Shown here: positions 30,287-40,241 of the stretch, in pieces | How the letters are laid out: each line of letters opens with the position of its first letter | How positions within the stretch are numbered: position 1 is the first letter of the stretch | Position numbers and translations under genes: made by a program | Notes under the pieces: generated by a model | Databases searched by the model: none | What the model saw: only the letters and a program-made list of their open reading frames with translations | What the model was told of the DNA's origin: nothing | From: Flavobacteriales bacterium | GTDB lineage: Bacteria > Bacteroidota > Bacteroidia > Palsa-965 | Reading direction: 5' to 3' | Assembly: GCA_040377305.1 (NCBI GenBank) | Contig: JBEIPA010000013.1 | Span: forward strand, 32,001-96,000 | DNA length: 64,000 nucleotides

Positions 30287-31970
30287 TTTGATTCTACTTG
30301 CTTCGATGATTGTACCGAAGTTGAATGCACAGATCACGACACTGGCTTCGGTGTTCGCACCTGTTCCTTTTCTTCCGAATTCAACAATAATTCCGATTCC
30401 GGGAAGCACGATCAATTACACGCATGTGATGTTCGATCATCCGCCAGTGGACAAGGCAGTGCTCTATGGATTTTATTTAACTGAACAATCCGATAAGGGT
30501 ATTTCTACGGAGTGGAAACTCACAGACAGCACCACCTCCACGTTGATGAACGTGCTGAAATTCGGCAAGTCATACCAATGGCATTACACGGCACTGAATG
30601 CAAGGAATAAAGTGATTTTTACCTCTCCCGATTATAAATTCAGCATTGTTGCATTGCCGGCGAATAGCCGAGTTCGCGTAGTGACAAATGAGAAGGATAA
30701 GAATCAAGGCGGCTATATTTCCTTTGATTATCATTGCATGATTGCGGATCGCAATGGAAATCCTATTTGGATCTTGCCGGAGGAACCTAAGAAGGAATAC
30801 ACGCGTGATGATCGCGTTCGCGACATTCGGGTTACATCTGCAGGCACGATTACGTTTATCACAAACCGGAACGCATTTGAAGTAATGCCCGACGGAAGAA
30901 TCTCCTGGCGTGGACCAAAGAGCGGTCCAGCAACTGTTGAAGCATTGCATCATGGAGTTGAACGTTTACCCAATGGAAATCTGATGACGTTGGGAAATCA
31001 CACCGTTCGTATGCCCGTCCCTTTCGATACAGCAATTGTCCCGGTTGAGTTTGGAGTTGTTGTGGAATATGATCGCAAAGGAAGTATCGTGTGGAAATGG
31101 GATTCGTACTCGTATTTACGTCCCGCAGAAATTGAATTCAGGAAGTTATCCAGTGGGCAGTGGAATTCTTCATCACACATGAATGCATTCCGTCAGACAA
31201 CGGAAAATGGTATCGTGTATGTGTACGCTGGCTTTCGTGATCTCGACCGTCTGGTTAAAATTGAAAAGTCGAGTAGCAAGGTGGTGGGCACATACGGAAC
31301 ACAAATGAATTCCGGTTATGGCTGGAAGTACAATAATTTGTTTCATGCGCAACATGATGTTTGTCCGCTGCGCGATGGGAATATCGCAGTGTTTAATAAC
31401 GATTCATTGACTCGTGACGGAGTCATTTCTTCATTGGTCATTTTCAATCCGGTCAATTCAGCGCTTGTGTTCAGAATGACTTGCGAAGCAAAGGGAGAAA
31501 CCGACGGCAAGAGCGAAAAGTGTGGGGGAGTGGATGAGTTGCCGAATGGAAATCTACTCGTGAATTGTGGCAATGTAAATCGGACATTCGAACTTGATGC
31601 GAATCATAAAGTGGTGTGGGACGCCTACACGGAATATGCTCCTTCAGATACTTCGGGTTGGAAGCCGGCGGGACAGTATCGTTCGCACTATTGTGCTTCG
31701 TTGTATCCGGTGTGGTTTACGACCAATATCGTGAACACGACGAAGAAAATGGTCACGATGAAAATCTGGAATGAAGGTGACAATGCAGACAAGTACACCA
31801 TTCAATATATGGTTGGAAAGAGTTGGATAACACTTTCTTCCGTGGAGGTACAACCTTACAAAAGTACAACCGCGATGATTCCAAGAGTGAAAGGTGTAGT
31901 ATTCTCGAAGATCAAGGTGATTTCTGAAGCTAATCCGGATTTCTTCCGCACACTTGATGTTGTTGAATAG
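30258..31970 (+). CDS. Aryl-sulfate sulfotransferase (ASST)-like exported beta-propeller
   Basis: Signal peptide; LHHGVERLPNGN, SHMNA, AQHD motifs; overlaps upstream gene by 29 bp. Confidence 0.8.
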   Translation: MKSLVLRALSLILLASMIVPKLNAQITTLASVFAPVPFLPNSTIIPIPGSTINYTHVMFDHPPVDKAVLYGFYLTEQSDKGISTEWKLTDSTTSTLMNVLKFGKSYQWHYTALNARNKVIFTSPDYKFSIVALPANSRVRVVTNEKDKNQGGYISFDYHCMIADRNGNPIWILPEEPKKEYTRDDRVRDIRVTSAGTITFITNRNAFEVMPDGRISWRGPKSGPATVEALHHGVERLPNGNLMTLGNHTVRMPVPFDTAIVPVEFGVVVEYDRKGSIVWKWDSYSYLRPAEIEFRKLSSGQWNSSSHMNAFRQTTENGIVYVYAGFRDLDRLVKIEKSSSKVVGTYGTQMNSGYGWKYNNLFHAQHDVCPLRDGNIAVFNNDSLTRDGVISSLVIFNPVNSALVFRMTCEAKGETDGKSEKCGGVDELPNGNLLVNCGNVNRTFELDANHKVVWDAYTEYAPSDTSGWKPAGQYRSHYCASLYPVWFTTNIVNTTKKMVTMKIWNEGDNADKYTIQYMVGKSWITLSSVEVQPYKSTTAMIPRVKGVVFSKIKVISEANPDFFRTLDVVE

Positions 31971-32098
31971 TTTGAAGGCGGTCCGCGTTTGTGGCAATGC
32001 AACTTGCGAGTTGCGGCAGAAACGAAGGAATTAATGTGCGCTGATCGTACCGTAAATCCGCAACCCTTTTCTCCCCAAAACGGAGTAACTTTATAGCA

Positions 32099-33100
32099 AT
32101 GCTCCGCACTATCACACCGTATCGACTTTGGAATGCAATGAAGCTCTATACTTCATTTCGCAAATCGAAGCGTACAAAACGTGCGGATCTAACCGCGTTG
32201 CCAATTAGTATTTCGGTTGAGCCAACTACGAGTTGCAATTTACGTTGTCCGGAATGCCCAAGCGGGTTGAGAAGTTTCTCGCGCCCCACAGGAATGATGA
32301 GTGAAGAACTGTTTCGCAAAATCACCGACGATGTGAAGTCGCATGTGATGTACATGAACTTTTATTTTCAGGGCGAACCTTTTCTGAATTCAAAGCTGAC
32401 GGAGATGATTCGTTATGCGCACGACAAGAAGATATTCACGTCGACATCAACCAATGCACATTATCTCGATGAAGAGAATTGCCGGAAGATAGTGGAATCG
32501 AAACTGGATCGTCTGATTATTTCCATTGACGGCTCAACACAGGAAACGTACGCGGCTTACAGAATTGGCGGTTCGCTTTCGAAAGTGATTGAAGGCACGA
32601 AGAATATTGTCGCGATGAAACAAAAAATGAAATCGCGCAAACCTGAAATTGTTTTTCAGATGCTGGTTGTGAAGCCGAATGAACACCAGGTTCACGAAGT
32701 GCAAACACTTGCGGAGAAACTGGAAGTGGATGAAGTTGTTCTGAAAACAGCACAGGTTTACGAGTATGAAAACGGCAACGAGCTAATTCCAAACAATGAA
32801 GAGTACTCGCGCTACAAGCGTGGCGATAACGGTCGTTGGGAATTAAAGAACGAGCTTGAAGATCACTGCTGGAAGATGTGGCACTCGTGTGTGATAACCT
32901 GGGATGGTTCAGTTGTGCCGTGTTGCTTCGATAAAGATGCGCACCATAAACTCGGAACACTGAAAACATTTTCGTTCAGCGAAATTTGGTTCAGCGAGCC
33001 GTATAACAAATTCAGGAATGCCGTGTTGAGCGGACGCAAAGAAATAGACATTTGCAGGAACTGCTCGGAAGGTTCGCATGTGTACGCCGGTGTGGAGTAA
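32099..33100 (+). CDS. Radical SAM protein with SPASM/twitch domain
   Basis: CNLRCPEC; C-terminal C...ITWDGSVVPCC...CRNC. Confidence 0.92.
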   Translation: MLRTITPYRLWNAMKLYTSFRKSKRTKRADLTALPISISVEPTTSCNLRCPECPSGLRSFSRPTGMMSEELFRKITDDVKSHVMYMNFYFQGEPFLNSKLTEMIRYAHDKKIFTSTSTNAHYLDEENCRKIVESKLDRLIISIDGSTQETYAAYRIGGSLSKVIEGTKNIVAMKQKMKSRKPEIVFQMLVVKPNEHQVHEVQTLAEKLEVDEVVLKTAQVYEYENGNELIPNNEEYSRYKRGDNGRWELKNELEDHCWKMWHSCVITWDGSVVPCCFDKDAHHKLGTLKTFSFSEIWFSEPYNKFRNAVLSGRKEIDICRNCSEGSHVYAGVE

Positions 33101-33217
33101 CAGTTCATTTGTATTCTGAGCACGGTATCGTGACCTGTTTGTGGAAACCGAGATGTTAATGGTCAATCAACCGCAAAGGCGCTAAGACGCAAAGGACGCA
33201 CAAAGATTTCCTGGAAC

Positions 33218-34390
33218 TTAGAACGCCTCTCCCACAAAAATATAGAAGCCTGGACCTTCACGTGTGAACGCAACATCTACGCGCGTGAAAATGTCTTTCT
33301 TTTGAAAAATCAAATAGCGTATTCCACCACCCCCGGACACCACTAGGTGTTCAAACTTCACATGATTCCATTCCGGGAAAACTGTTCCTGCTCCAATGAA
33401 CGCAGCAAGTCCCCAACGTTTAGTGAATGAAAAAGGAAGTGGCAACATTCTGAATTCAGCCTGTGCAGCGATGAGATTATTATCGCGGTAACGCCCCGTG
33501 TAATAACCACGCATCATCATTTCTCCACCCATCAGGGCGAGCTGATTGAAGGGAACAGTTCCGGCATTAAATTGTCCGACCGCCTGCAGTGCTAACACAT
33601 TTCGTTTCTGCATCGGAATGTATAGACGCTGATCAACGAAAACTGTACTCATGTTGAAATCACTTCCCCATGATTTATCAGAATGCAGGTATGCGATTTC
33701 TGAGTAAATGCCGTGACGAACATTGAGTACGTTGTGTCGGTTATCATAAACCAAACCAAGGCCCATTTCCAGATTCGCATAACCCGTGTGTCCATGCGGC
33801 AATTGAATAGGATGTGTTGATGTTGGAATGAATTCTACTTTCGACAAACGCTGAAAGTCAAATTCTGCTCCAACGTAAAGATTCTTGTAAACCTTTCTCA
33901 GAACACGTTGGCGCGCCTGAATAGTTACGGCATTGACCTGTGCAATGTGATGCTCTCCGCTCTCGGGACCAATTCCAAAATAGAGTAGAGGGTAACTTTG
34001 AAATTTGGAATGTCCGAGAAGAAACCATTTGTTATCGTCGGAGTAAAGTGCGTTGTCGAGAATAACGCCGTACTGTTGTTCCAGCGTAAAAAATGTGAAT
34101 GCACTTATTTCTGACAAGCGGTTTGTGGTGTCGCGCTTCGCATGAAATACATAAAGACTGCTGATCCCAAATTCCCAACTTGTTTCAGGCGCAAACGCCA
34201 CCGTAGGATAAGCCATGAACTGCGGCTTCGAGGGTTCCTCATGATTATTGAGGACGTGATTGATATAACGTACAAAAAGATTCGGTCGACGCGCTTGTGT
34301 TGTGGTATCATCCTGCGCGTACAAATTCACGCACGAAAACGTAAGCACACACGCAAGCAGAAATGCACGTAAACCGATCAGCGGAAACAT
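33218..34390 (-). CDS. Omp85 (BamA/TamA-like) barrel protein without evident POTRA domains
   Basis: LMGGEMMMRGYY.GRYRD motif, C-terminal GEAF; start set at MFPLIG. Confidence 0.85.
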   Translation of the reverse strand: MFPLIGLRAFLLACVLTFSCVNLYAQDDTTTQARRPNLFVRYINHVLNNHEEPSKPQFMAYPTVAFAPETSWEFGISSLYVFHAKRDTTNRLSEISAFTFFTLEQQYGVILDNALYSDDNKWFLLGHSKFQSYPLLYFGIGPESGEHHIAQVNAVTIQARQRVLRKVYKNLYVGAEFDFQRLSKVEFIPTSTHPIQLPHGHTGYANLEMGLGLVYDNRHNVLNVRHGIYSEIAYLHSDKSWGSDFNMSTVFVDQRLYIPMQKRNVLALQAVGQFNAGTVPFNQLALMGGEMMMRGYYTGRYRDNNLIAAQAEFRMLPLPFSFTKRWGLAAFIGAGTVFPEWNHVKFEHLVVSGGGGIRYLIFQKKDIFTRVDVAFTREGPGFYIFVGEAF

Positions 34391-34507
34391 TGGTCTAAAA
34401 TACGAAAGAAAGCGCTCACCGTCATCGCGAGGCACGACGCGATCCCACGAGCGGAACATAATTTACACTGGACGTGTAGCGGAAGACGAAAGCGCTTCTT
34501 GACTTGG

Positions 34508-35293
34508 TCAGTATTCCATAGTTCTCACCAACTTCCCCTCTTCATAAAACTCTTCTTTGATGAGCTTGCCGGATTCGTTGTAGTAGGACCAGGTGCCGAT
34601 TTTGTCGGGAGCTTTCCACTGTGTCTCCAACGGACAAGGGGGATATTGACCTTTTACATGTAGTTGTCCATTGCTGTACCAAGATGTGAATTCACTACAC
34701 AAGTAGGGCATAAGCCGGGTAGATTCTTCCATCTTCTGACCAGATTCGTAGTATGTGATATATGGTTGGGGTTTCCGAAGATTTGGATCACCTGGCAAGA
34801 ACGTGAGTTGTCCATTTTCATAGTACTGTGCACTATAATGCCATGTTACATGCTGGTCGTTGGGAGAATCACGCATGGATAAATTCTTTTCAGAAATTGC
34901 GCCTGAACGATAGTAATGCAATTCATAACATGTGTCGTTGGAAAAATACATTTCCATTTTAAGTCCACCTTCTACATACCACTCTTTCGATCGCCAACAA
35001 TTGCCACAGCTATCTACGGGATGACTCCACGATTTGACTTTTCCATTCCTAAACCAAGCCGTATCTACGCTTTTATAAATATCAGCTTTGATATACCGGG
35101 CGCGATTTTTGAATTTCGAATCATAATATATCATCCACATTCCAGATCGCAATTCATATTTCACAAAATACGATGTGTCACCCTCTACGATCGAGGTCTT
35201 GACAATACTCGTATCACCAATCCACGTTTTCTTTTCCTGCGCGAATGATGTTGCAGAAATAACAAAAAATAAGATGATCAATTTCCATCGCAT
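34508..35293 (-). CDS. Secreted MORN_2/YwqK-type repeat protein
   Basis: Signal peptide (MRWKLII); YYENGQ, WYSNGQL, GTWSYYNESGKL repeats. Confidence 0.75.
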   Translation of the reverse strand: MRWKLIILFFVISATSFAQEKKTWIGDTSIVKTSIVEGDTSYFVKYELRSGMWMIYYDSKFKNRARYIKADIYKSVDTAWFRNGKVKSWSHPVDSCGNCWRSKEWYVEGGLKMEMYFSNDTCYELHYYRSGAISEKNLSMRDSPNDQHVTWHYSAQYYENGQLTFLPGDPNLRKPQPYITYYESGQKMEESTRLMPYLCSEFTSWYSNGQLHVKGQYPPCPLETQWKAPDKIGTWSYYNESGKLIKEEFYEEGKLVRTMEY

Positions 35294-35404
35294 ACCCCAA
35301 GTTAAACAAAAAGCGCCCCATCTCTGAAGCGCTTCTGTAATCAAAATTCGTGTTGTGTTTTAACAAGAGTCTGTACACCCGTCTCCGATCTCCCAACTCC
35401 CAAC

Positions 35405-35968
35405 TTACACCGTCATAATATCCTTCTCCTTCGCCTCCAAATGCTTATCCACTTTCGCAGAATACGTATCTGTCACTTGCTGAACTTTTGCTTCTCCACC
35501 TTTCACTTCGTCTTCAGTAAGTCCGCCTTTGAGTAGTGCGCGAACTTGTTCGTTTGCTTCTTTACGCGCTGTGCGGATAGAAACTTTCGCGTGCTCTCCT
35601 TCTTCTTTTGCTTTCTTCACCATCTGCTTACGACGTTCTTCCGTCATCGGAGGAATTGCGCAGATGATCATGACTCCGTTGTTGGTTGGATTGAATCCAA
35701 GATTCGCTGCCTGTATAGCGCGCATGATTGGATCGATCATGGATTTCTCCCAGGGCTGAACTGCAAGCGTTCTTGCTTCCGGAGTGTTTACGTTTGCCAC
35801 CTGATTAAGCGGCGTCATCGTTCCGTAATAGTCAACCATGATTCCGTCGAGCATGCCTACGCTCGCACGACCACCACGGATCTTTGCGAGTTCGTTCTCG
35901 AGGTGTTTCACTGCACCGTCCATCGACTCTTCGGTGCTTTCTATAATGAATTTAAGTTCTTCGCTCAT
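35405..35968 (-). CDS. frr: Ribosome recycling factor
   Basis: IRGGRAS, VDYYG, PPMTEERRK. Confidence 0.97.
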   Translation of the reverse strand: MSEELKFIIESTEESMDGAVKHLENELAKIRGGRASVGMLDGIMVDYYGTMTPLNQVANVNTPEARTLAVQPWEKSMIDPIMRAIQAANLGFNPTNNGVMIICAIPPMTEERRKQMVKKAKEEGEHAKVSIRTARKEANEQVRALLKGGLTEDEVKGGEAKVQQVTDTYSAKVDKHLEAKEKDIMTV

Positions 35969-36005
35969 AAAAAGGTATTTACGTAAAAATAAGAGTTTTC
36001 GTGAA

Positions 36006-36107
36006 TGGGGATTAGGGAATTAAGGTATTAGGGTATTTAGGTGTTTGGAAATCGACATTTTAGTTTTGCCCAAATACCCCAATCCCCTAATACCTTAGTC
36101 CCTAACC
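36006..36107. repeat. Low-complexity inverted-repeat shell between pyrH and frr
   Basis: ggattagggaattaaggtattagggtatttagg arm versus cccaaataccccaatcccctaataccttagtccctaacc arm. Confidence 0.7.
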
Positions 36108-36113
36108 GTGGTC

Positions 36114-36818
36114 TTATAGTGATACAAGTGTCCCTACTTTCTCTCCCGTTACCACCTTCTTCAGGTTCCCCTTCTTATTCATATCGAAAACGATAATAGG
36201 AAGGTTATTCTCCTTGCAAAGCGTGAACGCAGTAAGATCCATCACATTCAGGTTCTTCTGATACACTTCGTCGAATGAAATATGTTCGAACTTGGTTGCC
36301 GTTTTATCTTTCTCCGGATCGGCCGTGTAAATGCCATCAACACGCGTTCCTTTCAGAACAACATCTGCTTCGATTTCGATTGCACGCAATGATGCAGCTG
36401 TGTCTGTTGTGAAATACGGATTACCCGTTCCTGCTCCAAAAATAACCACGCGGTTTTTTTCGAGGTGACGAACGGCGCGACGACGAATGAACGGTTCACA
36501 AATCTTGTTCATCTCAATTGCCGACTGCAAACGTGAAGGAACTTCGAGTTTCTCCAGCGCCGACTGCAAAGCCATGCTGTTGATCATGGTTGCAAGCATT
36601 CCCATGTAGTCGCCTTGAACGCGATCCATGCCGCCGTCTTCTGCCTGTATTCCACGGAAAATATTTCCTCCGCCGATTACGATCGCAACTTGCACGTCTT
36701 TCGAAATCTCTTTAATCTCTGCAGCGTATTGACCCAACACATCGTGATCAATACCGAATTGTTTGTTGCCCATCAGCGACTCTCCGCTGAGCTTGAGAAG
36801 TACTCTTTTGTATTTCAT
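36114..36818 (-). CDS. pyrH: UMP kinase
   Basis: [24 protein letters not shown]. Confidence 0.97.
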   Translation of the reverse strand: MKYKRVLLKLSGESLMGNKQFGIDHDVLGQYAAEIKEISKDVQVAIVIGGGNIFRGIQAEDGGMDRVQGDYMGMLATMINSMALQSALEKLEVPSRLQSAIEMNKICEPFIRRRAVRHLEKNRVVIFGAGTGNPYFTTDTAASLRAIEIEADVVLKGTRVDGIYTADPEKDKTATKFEHISFDEVYQKNLNVMDLTAFTLCKENNLPIIVFDMNKKGNLKKVVTGEKVGTLVSL

Positions 36819-36830
36819 AAACGTAAGGTC

Positions 36831-36856
36831 AAAAAAAATCCCTCCGAAGAGGGATT
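36831..36856 (-). terminator. Intrinsic terminator after tsf
   Basis: aatccctc-cgaa-gagggatt stem with T-run on minus strand. Confidence 0.7.
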
Positions 36857-36872
36857 GAAATTAAATCAATGA

Positions 36873-37697
36873 TTATCCGAGAGCAATGCGGCGGAAAGCA
36901 GTAACAGTTGCATCCTTGTCAGCAGTTTGAATGTACTGACGGATCGTTTTCTTCGCATCCTTAATGAACTCCTGGTTCAACAATGTATTTTCCTTGTAGA
37001 ACTTGTTGAGTTTGCCTTGCGCGATTTTCTCAACCATGTCTTCCGGTTTTCCTTCAGCGCGGGTTGTTTCACGTGCAATCTCAAGCTCACGCTCCAGAAT
37101 AGTTGTGTCAACATCATCCTTGTCAAGTGCAACAGGTGCCATTGCTGCAGTTTGCATCGCAACGTCTTTTGCAATTTCATCGCTCACTTCTTTGTTGAAA
37201 CCAACGATTACAGCAAGACGATTTCCAGGGTGATTGTATGCAACAACTTTAGTTGCTTCTACTTGTTCGTAGCGTGAAAGCTCAATTTTCTCACCGATAC
37301 GACCAACTTGTTCAGTAACCTTTTCTGCAATCGTCATTCCATCGCCGTAAGGCAATGCAAGAAGTGCAGCAAGATCAGCCGGCTTCTGGTTCAAAGCAAT
37401 TTGTCCCATTGCAGAAGCAACTTTTCCGAAATCTTCATTCTTAGCAACGAAGTCTGTTTCGCAGTTCAGAACTACAACAACTCCACGTGAGCCTGTAGTC
37501 TGTGCAATAACATATCCTTCTTTTGCATCGCGGTCGCTGCGGTTAGCCGCAACTTTCTGACCTTTTTTGCGCAACAAGTCGATAGCAGCTTCGAAGTCCC
37601 CGTTTGTTTCAACGAGTGCTTTCTTGCAATCCATCATTCCCGCGCCTGTGATAGTACGCAGCTTGTTTACGTCTGTTGCTGTGATTGTAACTGACAT
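36873..37697 (-). CDS. tsf: Elongation factor Ts
   Basis: TGAGMMDCKKAL, NCETDFVA. Confidence 0.97.
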   Translation of the reverse strand: MSVTITATDVNKLRTITGAGMMDCKKALVETNGDFEAAIDLLRKKGQKVAANRSDRDAKEGYVIAQTTGSRGVVVVLNCETDFVAKNEDFGKVASAMGQIALNQKPADLAALLALPYGDGMTIAEKVTEQVGRIGEKIELSRYEQVEATKVVAYNHPGNRLAVIVGFNKEVSDEIAKDVAMQTAAMAPVALDKDDVDTTILERELEIARETTRAEGKPEDMVEKIAQGKLNKFYKENTLLNQEFIKDAKKTIRQYIQTADKDATVTAFRRIALG

Positions 37698-37806
37698 TAT
37701 TATTTCTCTTAATTCTGTTATACTTCAATTTAATTAAGGCGCTTGACAGATTCAGCGGAGTCGAAGTGTGACTGCCGGCTGCACTACTGCAAGACTGCCG
37801 GCTGAA

Positions 37807-38811
37807 TTAACGACCTGTCGGCTTACGCGGACCGCCAGTTGAAGGACCACGATTCGGGCCACCAGGACCACGACTCTGTCCGCCACCAGGACCGCGATTG
37901 AAACCACCCGTGTTGCCACCAGGGCCACGGTTGAATCCGCCAGTGTTTCCACCAGGACCACGGTTAGCACCGCCAGTGTTTCCACCGCGAACAGGTTTCT
38001 TAGCTAAGCCAGGACCTTTTTTCTCACCGCGTTTTTCTTCGCCGTCTTCAGTTTCGTATTTCTTCAGGCGACGCTCGTCAAGATCGTTCTCGTCGTTTTC
38101 TTCTTCGCCTTTGTCTTTGTCGATCTTACGATCTTCAAGACCTTCCTGAACCGCTTTACAAACGATGTCAATGATCAGGCTGATTGAAGTTGAAGCGTCG
38201 TCGTTAGCAGGAACTGCATAATCAACTTCGTTCGGATCTGCATTGGTATCAACCATTGCAAAAGTTGGAATTCCCAAACGGTGTGCTTCAGCAACTGCGA
38301 TGTGCTCGTTAACGATATCAACGAGGAAAATAGCTGCAGGCAAACGAGTCAGGTCAGCAATTGAACCGAGGTTATGCTCGAGTTTCGCACGCTCACGAGA
38401 CAACATAAGGCGCTCTTTCTTAGAAAGGATCTCCCATGTTCCGTCTGTGCCCATTTTATCGATGCTCGCCATTTTGCGAATCGCTTTACGGATCGTAGCG
38501 AAGTTGGTAAGCATTCCGCCTGGCCAACGCTCAGTTACGTAAGGCATACCGATCTTCTTTACTTTCTCAGCAACGATATCTTTTGCTTGTTTCTTCGTAG
38601 CAACGAAGAGGATTTTTTTACCAGAGCGTGCAATTTGCTTCAAAGCACTGCAAGCTTCTTCCAGTTTCACAACCGTCTTGTTCAGATCGATAATGTGAAT
38701 ACCGTTCTTCTCAGTGAAGATGTAAGGAGCCATTGCTGGGTTCCACTTACGGCGAAGGTGACCAAAGTGTGCACCTGCTTCGAGAAGTTCGTTAAATGAT
38801 GTTCTTGACAT
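37807..38811 (-). CDS. rpsB: 30S ribosomal protein S2 with acidic and Gly/Arg/Asn-rich C-terminal extension
   Basis: [29 protein letters not shown]. Confidence 0.97.
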   Translation of the reverse strand: MSRTSFNELLEAGAHFGHLRRKWNPAMAPYIFTEKNGIHIIDLNKTVVKLEEACSALKQIARSGKKILFVATKKQAKDIVAEKVKKIGMPYVTERWPGGMLTNFATIRKAIRKMASIDKMGTDGTWEILSKKERLMLSRERAKLEHNLGSIADLTRLPAAIFLVDIVNEHIAVAEAHRLGIPTFAMVDTNADPNEVDYAVPANDDASTSISLIIDIVCKAVQEGLEDRKIDKDKGEEENDENDLDERRLKKYETEDGEEKRGEKKGPGLAKKPVRGGNTGGANRGPGGNTGGFNRGPGGNTGGFNRGPGGGQSRGPGGPNRGPSTGGPRKPTGR

Positions 38812-38841
38812 GATGTCTGTATAATGAATTGTAAATACCGA

Positions 38842-39228
38842 TTAACGTTTGCTGAACTGGAAGCGGCGACGTGCTTTACGACGACCAAATTTCTTACGTT
38901 CAACCATGCGAGGGTCACGAGTAACGAGACCGTCAGCGCGAAGTTTTGGCTTCACTTCCGCATCCAACTCAATGAGTGCACGGGAAATAGCAAGGCGAAT
39001 TGCTTCTGCCTGACCGGTTGTTCCGCCACCTTCTACGTTTACACGGATGTCGAACTGTTCGTTCTGTCCGGTAAGTACCAAGGGCTGGATTACTTTGTTC
39101 TGAAGAACTTCTGTAGAGAAGTACTGTTTGTAGTCACGATTGTTGATCGTGATGGTCCCATTTCCGCGCTGAAGATAGATGCGCGCAACTGCTGTCTTAC
39201 GACGACCAAGTGTGTTAGTTACTTCCAT
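38842..39228 (-). CDS. rpsI: 30S ribosomal protein S9
   Basis: GRRKTAVAR, TRDPRMVERKK, QFSKR. Confidence 0.98.
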   Translation of the reverse strand: MEVTNTLGRRKTAVARIYLQRGNGTITINNRDYKQYFSTEVLQNKVIQPLVLTGQNEQFDIRVNVEGGGTTGQAEAIRLAISRALIELDAEVKPKLRADGLVTRDPRMVERKKFGRRKARRRFQFSKR

Positions 39229-39692
39229 TATGCTCTCTCCTTAATGGTTTTAAGATCGATTTTCTTAGGGTTCTGAGCTTCCTGCTTGTGTGAAGTTCCA
39301 GCGTAAACGAATACGTTACGACGAAGACGATCACCAAGAATTGTTTTAGGAAGCATACGGCCGATTGCAAGTTCCAAAATGCGCTCAGGCTTTGAGTTCA
39401 ACAACTCTTTTGGAGTTGCGAAACGCTGACCTCCTGGATAACCAGTGTGGCGCACGTAAACTTTGTCAGTCATCTTCTTTCCTGTGAAGCGAACTTTCTC
39501 AGCATTAATAATTACTACATTATCACCGCAGTCAACGTGCGGAGTGTAGCTTGTCTTGTGCTTGCCACGTACGAGGTAAGCAACCTTAGAGGCTAGGCGA
39601 CCAACGGTTTCATTCTCCGCATCTACCAGAAGCCACTCTTTTTTTACAGTAGCCGAGTTAAGGTTAGCTGTTTTGTAAGATTGTGTATCCAC
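39228..39692 (-). CDS. rplM: 50S ribosomal protein L13
   Basis: GRLAS...GKHK..YTPHVDCGD, HTGYPGG; GTG start. Confidence 0.98.
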   Translation of the reverse strand: MDTQSYKTANLNSATVKKEWLLVDAENETVGRLASKVAYLVRGKHKTSYTPHVDCGDNVVIINAEKVRFTGKKMTDKVYVRHTGYPGGQRFATPKELLNSKPERILELAIGRMLPKTILGDRLRRNVFVYAGTSHKQEAQNPKKIDLKTIKERA

Positions 39693-39749
39693 TTGTTTTA
39701 TTTAATTAGTTCTACCTGAGCAGAATTTCCCTTTGTTCAAAACGGGCTG

Positions 39750-39757
39750 CAAAGATA
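39750..39757 (-). promoter_or_regulatory. -7 promoter box (TATCTTTG) of the rplM operon
   Basis: Exact TAnnTTTG match 57 bp upstream of start. Confidence 0.7.
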
Positions 39758-39872
39758 CGCGCATTTCTAAGTTCACCAAAGATGAGGTTGAACATCAATG
39801 TATGAATCGCCGAATTTTGCCTGAAAAAAGCGATTTGTGAGGAAGAAGACGCTGGGCAATCATGATGATAAC

Positions 39873-39921
39873 GTCTTATATAATAGACATTAAACGTATA
39901 TTTGTCTATTATAATAGACAA
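39873..39921 (+). promoter_or_regulatory. Tandem palindromic operators overlapping the hipBA promoter
   Basis: Perfect 20-bp palindrome ttgtctattataatagacaa (39902-39921), imperfect copy gtcttatataatagac (39873-39888), TATATTTG box at 39897-39904. Confidence 0.75.
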
Positions 39922-39923
39922 TT

Positions 39924-40241
39924 GTGAAACGACAAGCACTTTTATTGCCATCCGCAAAAAATATTCTCAGCGAAATGGGAGAGAACCTTCGTCTCGCACG
40001 TCTGAGAAGAAAGATAAGCGCACAACAAGTAGCGGAACGCGCAAACATCAGCCGATCTACTTTGTGGATGATTGAAAAAGGTTCTCCGGCTGTTGCAATG
40101 GGTGCGTACATGCAGGTTTTATTTGTGCTTGGGCTGGAAAATGATCTCGGCAAAGTTGCGGCAGATGACGTGCTCGGAAAGAAGCTTCAGGATCTGGAGT
40201 TAATGCCAAAAGAGCGAGCACCTAAACGTCCGAAGGAATGA
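39924..40241 (+). CDS. XRE-family HTH protein, HipB-like antitoxin
   Basis: LRLARLRR..SAQQVAERANISRSTL..IEKG; ATGA overlap with HipA-like gene. Confidence 0.88.
   Translation: MKRQALLLPSAKNILSEMGENLRLARLRRKISAQQVAERANISRSTLWMIEKGSPAVAMGAYMQVLFVLGLENDLGKVAADDVLGKKLQDLELMPKERAPKRPKE

Noticed and set aside
32099-33100. RiPP maturase with precursor peptide
   Set aside because: No adjacent precursor ORF, RRE/PqqD, peptidase or exporter visible
34508-35293. YwqK-type antitoxin of a toxin-antitoxin system (also 55107-55724 and 9649-14808)
   Set aside because: The label reflects MORN_2 repeats only; the proteins are exported and no cognate toxin is adjacent
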